Below the pieces are notes generated by a model that saw only the letters and a list, made by a program, of their open reading frames with translations, searched no databases and was not told the origin of the DNA. Shown piece by piece: positions 27,411 to 32,000 of a stretch of 32,000 nt of DNA. Position 1 is the stretch's first letter, and each line of letters starts with the position of its first letter. The position numbers were made by a program, and so were the translations under genes. This stretch comes from Propionibacterium freudenreichii subsp. freudenreichii. Its GTDB lineage: Bacteria > Actinomycetota > Actinomycetes > Propionibacteriales > Propionibacteriaceae. The stretch covers positions 1,590,001 to 1,622,000 of the forward strand of contig NZ_CP010341.1 in the NCBI RefSeq assembly GCF_000940845.1, read 5' to 3'.

Positions 27411-28841
27411 ATGCGCGGTCAACTCGTGATCGACCTTCCCCTGCACCTGGACACCTCCGGCGACCTCGGCCTGACGGCCCAATTGGTGGTCGGGCTGCGC
27501 GGGTTGATCGACCAGGGGCGGCTGCACCACGACGACGAGTTGCCCTCGACGCGGGCGCTGGCCGCGAGCCTGTCCGTCGCGCGGGGGACGGTGGTCGCGG
27601 CCTACGACCAGCTCCAGGCCGAGGGATATCTCACCTCCAGGCCTGGCTCGGGCACCCGCGTGGCCGCAGTGGACGCCCGCCGGCCGGTGGCAGGCCCGTC
27701 CGCGCCGGCGCCTCCCGCACCCCAACCCGACGGCCGGGCCATTGACCTGCGCCCGGGCACCCCGGATGTATCGGCCATCGTCTCGCCGCCGTGGCGCCGC
27801 GCCTGGCGCGAGGCGACGAACGACCCCCGCCCACTCATCGACGCCCGCGGGCTGCCCTCGCTGCGCCATGAGATCGCCGAGCACCTGCGCCTCATGCGCT
27901 CGCTGGTCCGCCCGTCCGACCAGGTGCTGGTCACCTCCGGGGCACGCGAAGGCCTCGCCCTGCTGCTGGCGGCGCTGGCCCGCCGCGGTGAGCGTCCCCC
28001 GCTGGTGGGACTGGAACGTCCCGGGCATCCCGCGCTGGCCGCGATCCCCACCGCCATGGGCCTGCCGACGATCGCGCTGCGCACCGACGACCGGGGACTG
28101 GTGACCGAGGAGCTCCCCGAGGCCGGCTCCCCCACGAGCCACGGGCCCGATGTGCCCACACCTGATGTCATCGTGGTGACACCGAGCCACCAGTACCCCT
28201 ATGGCGGGTCGTTGTCGATCACCCGCCGCCAACAGCTGCTCGGCTGGGCCGCACGCACCGGGGCCATCGTCGTGGAGGACGACTATGACTCCGAGCTGCG
28301 CTATGTGGGCATGCCCCTGCCCGCGCTGGCCACCCTCGACGACCCGGTCCGGGGCAGGGTGGTGCTGCTGGGCACCTTCTCGACGGTGCTGACCCCCGCC
28401 GTGGCCACCGGCTACCTGTCGGTGCCCCAACGCCTCGCGCCCCTCGTGGCGGGCCATCGCGCGATCTTCGGTTCCCCGGTGCCGGCACTGGGACAGCAGG
28501 CCCTGTCGAACTACCTGGCCAGTGGCGAGCTGCGGCGCCACATCCAGCGGATGCGCCGCGAGTACCGGCGCCGCCGGGAACTCATCGTGGCGGCCTTCCG
28601 CGATGCTCCCCACGCCCGACTCACGGACATGTCGGGCGGGCTGCAGGCCGTGCTGCGCACCAACGTCCCGGGCTCCCGGATCACCCGGCGGCTGGCGGCC
28701 CGGGGCGTGCTGGTCAGCGACCTGGCCCAGTTCTGGGGGCCCCATGCCCCGGCGATGGACGGCATCGTCTTCGGTTTCGGGTCGGTGGACACCCCGACCC
28801 TGCGCCACGTGCTGCCGATCATCCGCCGGGCCTGCTCATGA
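27411..28841 (+). CDS. pdxR: MocR-family regulator (GntR wHTH fused to an aminotransferase-like domain), PdxR by context
   Basis: wHTH LPSTRALAASLSVARGTVVAAYDQLQAEGYL. Aminotransferase-like landmarks PSHQYPYG and VVEDDYDSE. Divergent from pdxST. ATG at 27411 gives 476 aa. The track ORF start at 27309 would overlap pdxS. Confidence 0.88.
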   Translation: MRGQLVIDLPLHLDTSGDLGLTAQLVVGLRGLIDQGRLHHDDELPSTRALAASLSVARGTVVAAYDQLQAEGYLTSRPGSGTRVAAVDARRPVAGPSAPAPPAPQPDGRAIDLRPGTPDVSAIVSPPWRRAWREATNDPRPLIDARGLPSLRHEIAEHLRLMRSLVRPSDQVLVTSGAREGLALLLAALARRGERPPLVGLERPGHPALAAIPTAMGLPTIALRTDDRGLVTEELPEAGSPTSHGPDVPTPDVIVVTPSHQYPYGGSLSITRRQQLLGWAARTGAIVVEDDYDSELRYVGMPLPALATLDDPVRGRVVLLGTFSTVLTPAVATGYLSVPQRLAPLVAGHRAIFGSPVPALGQQALSNYLASGELRRHIQRMRREYRRRRELIVAAFRDAPHARLTDMSGGLQAVLRTNVPGSRITRRLAARGVLVSDLAQFWGPHAPAMDGIVFGFGSVDTPTLRHVLPIIRRACS

Positions 28842-28850
28842 TCCGGTGCC

Positions 28851-28910
28851 CCGCTGACGTGCCACCCCGCCGACCTGCCACCCCGCCGACCTGCCACCGG
28901 GCCGACCAGC
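28851..28910. repeat. 16-bp tandem repeat, about 3.7 copies, between pdxR and zwf
   Basis: CCGCTGACGTGCCACC / CCGCCGACCTGCCACC / CCGCCGACCTGCCACC / GGGCCGACCAGC. Confidence 0.85.
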
Positions 28911-28993
28911 CGCGTGGCCCGGTCCCTGACGCCGACATGACCGGCGAACTGCCAACAGGACAATCAAACAGCGGGCCTTAGTAGGGTGAGGAC

Positions 28994-30589
<1,596 letters not shown>

Positions 30590-30599
30590 GAGACCGATC

Positions 30600-31502
30600 A
30601 TGATCATCGAACTCACCAATACGAATTCGTCGGAGATTGCCGACGCCGCCATGAACGCCCGTCGCAGCACCGGACTGGCGTCCGGCCTGGTGATGACGCT
30701 CATCGTCGTCAGCACCCCGCAGCAGTACACCCGCGCCTTCGATTCGGCCCAGGCGACTGCCGCGGAGCATCCGTCGAGGATCCTCATGGTGGTGAACAGC
30801 AAGTCGACCAAGACCGCCATGGACGCCGAGATCCGCGTCGGCGAGGGCGTGCCCGGCGACATCATCACCCTGCGCCTGGCCGGCGAGCTCGTGGGCCGTG
30901 GCGACTCCGTGGTGCTCCCCCTGCTGCTCCCCGACCTGCCGGTGGTGGCCTGGTGGCCCGGACGCGGCACCGAGTTCCCCGCACAGGATCCGATCGGACG
31001 CATGGCGGATCGGCGCATCACCGACGCCACCAACGCCGACGACCCCGTCGGCACCCTGGTGGCCCGCGCCCGCGGCACCCACAGCGCCCAGGACACGGAC
31101 CTGTCGTGGACCCGGCTCACGCGTTGGCGGGCCCTGGTGGCCTCGGCGCTGGACCAGTGCCGTCGCCCCGTGACCTCGGCGATCGTCGAGGCGGTGGAGG
31201 ACAACGCGCCCGCCGCGCTGATGGCCGCCTGGCTCGACGTGCGACTGGGCGTTCCGGTGACGGTGAACACGTCCATGGGCCCGGGGATCACCGCGGTGCG
31301 CCTGGTCACCGACGCCGGCGAGGTGGCCGTACGTCGCGTGAAGAGCAGTGATGCCGAGTACATCGTGCCCGACCAGCCGCTGCGCACCGCTGCCCTGATC
31401 CGGCGCCCCGTGGTCGACCTGTTGTCCGAGGAGTTCCGCCGGCTGGGACCCGATGACTCCTATGAGCGCGCCCTCAACCGGTTGGGAGAGCGAGCCGGAT
31501 GA
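30600..31502 (+). CDS. opcA: glucose-6-phosphate dehydrogenase assembly protein OpcA
   Basis: 300 aa from ATG 30600 (AGGAG 8 nt upstream). OpcA-like sequence (MTLIVVS..., LPDLPVVAWWPG, DRRITDA, DLSWTRLTRWR). Conserved zwf-opcA-pgl order. Confidence 0.88.
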   Translation: MIIELTNTNSSEIADAAMNARRSTGLASGLVMTLIVVSTPQQYTRAFDSAQATAAEHPSRILMVVNSKSTKTAMDAEIRVGEGVPGDIITLRLAGELVGRGDSVVLPLLLPDLPVVAWWPGRGTEFPAQDPIGRMADRRITDATNADDPVGTLVARARGTHSAQDTDLSWTRLTRWRALVASALDQCRRPVTSAIVEAVEDNAPAALMAAWLDVRLGVPVTVNTSMGPGITAVRLVTDAGEVAVRRVKSSDAEYIVPDQPLRTAALIRRPVVDLLSEEFRRLGPDDSYERALNRLGERAG

Positions 31503-32000
31503 TGGCGCCGCCCATGACGAGCGCACCGCGCGTGCTGCGTTACCTGGACAACGAGGAGTTGACCACAGGTGCCGGCACGCTGCTGGTGTCGGCCCTGGCC
31601 GAGATGCAGCGCCGTCAGGAATATGTGAACCTCTGCCTGTCGGGCGGGCCCACCGTGCTGTCGGCGCTCACCCACTTCGCGGCGTTGGCGCGCACCGGTG
31701 CCTTCGATGCCTCCCGGCTGCAGCTGTGGTGGGCCAGCGAACGCTTCGTCACCACCACCGATCCGGTACGCAACTCCGTGCAGGCCCTCAGCATCCTGGC
31801 CGGCGCCGTCACCCTGGTGCCCTCCCAGATCCACGCCATGCCCTCACGCACCGGCAAGACCGACCCGGACGATGCCGCCTATGCCTACGCGAAGGACATC
31901 GGCGACACCCAGTTCGACATCACCATGCTGGAGTTGGGCGACGACGGCCACATTGCCTCGATCTTCCCCAACCACCCCAGCTATGCGGTGCAGTCGACCA
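31499..32000 (+). CDS. pgl: 6-phosphogluconolactonase, N-terminal two thirds (runs off the right edge)
   Basis: Not in the track (no stop). My translation from ATG 31499 (ATGA overlap with the opcA stop): MMAPPMTSAPRVLRYLDNEELTTGAGTLLVSALAEMQRRQEYVNLCLSGGPT...LWWASERFV...MLELGDDGHIASIFPNHP. The LSGG, W.(G/S)DERFV and G.DGH.AS.FP motifs of Pgl/DevB are present. Confidence 0.85.
   Translation, partial: MMAPPMTSAPRVLRYLDNEELTTGAGTLLVSALAEMQRRQEYVNLCLSGGPTVLSALTHFAALARTGAFDASRLQLWWASERFVTTTDPVRNSVQALSILAGAVTLVPSQIHAMPSRTGKTDPDDAAYAYAKDIGDTQFDITMLELGDDGHIASIFPNHPSYAVQST

Noticed and set aside
27312-28808. 498-aa minus-strand ORF antisense to pdxR, and similar long antisense ORFs at 8498-9739, 25852-27429, 24581-25888, 23730-24908, 322-1446, 17722-18972 and 20153-21430
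   Set aside because: Each lies opposite a gene with clear family motifs and proper start signals. The products are Arg/Gly/Pro/His-rich with no recognisable domain. These are high-GC stop-codon-poor artefacts.

Overview
This is a high-GC actinobacterial core-chromosome segment. I call 35 protein-coding genes, two of them truncated by the window edges. I see no rRNA, tRNA, CRISPR array, transposase, prophage or defence-island signal.

Gene order, left to right:
- rlmN (partial), cdsA, frr, pyrH, then tsf and rpsB, all on the minus strand
- a secreted two-domain M23 peptidase
- xerC
- def
- a TrmH-family methyltransferase
- a bile-acid/Na+ symporter-family transporter
- an orphan ABC ATPase
- a 249-aa hypothetical protein
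- inhA(fabI) and fabG
- an atypical SDR followed by an rlmA-like rRNA methyltransferase
- an ABC-F ATPase
- an eight-gene, translationally coupled operon: sufR-sufB-sufD-Rieske-sufC-sufS-sufU-sufT
- a YtrA-type GntR regulator, an ABC ATPase and a membrane protein
- pdxT-pdxS, divergent from pdxR
- zwf-opcA-pgl (pgl partial)

Most of the long ORFs in the six-frame track are GC-driven shadow ORFs, or 5' over-extensions of these genes.

This looks like ordinary housekeeping territory, and I cannot point to a convincing new multi-gene system. The observations most worth a second look are small-scale:
- The PdxR homolog has no PLP-anchoring lysine, and no lysine at all.
- A 34-bp tandem-repeat array appears to be built from the stop-codon end of the rlmA-like gene.
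- A Rieske ferredoxin gene is hard-wired into the suf operon.
- The M23 peptidase pairs a catalytically degenerate domain with an intact one, and sits behind a 464-bp structured intergenic region.
- The SDR next to fabG-inhA has SxxxR in place of the catalytic YxxxK.
- Seven genes show a repeated leaderless-promoter geometry.
- Regulator boxes for SufR, PdxR and the YtrA-type regulator can be read directly from the sequence.

All functional calls come from reading motifs and synteny by eye. No database search was run.
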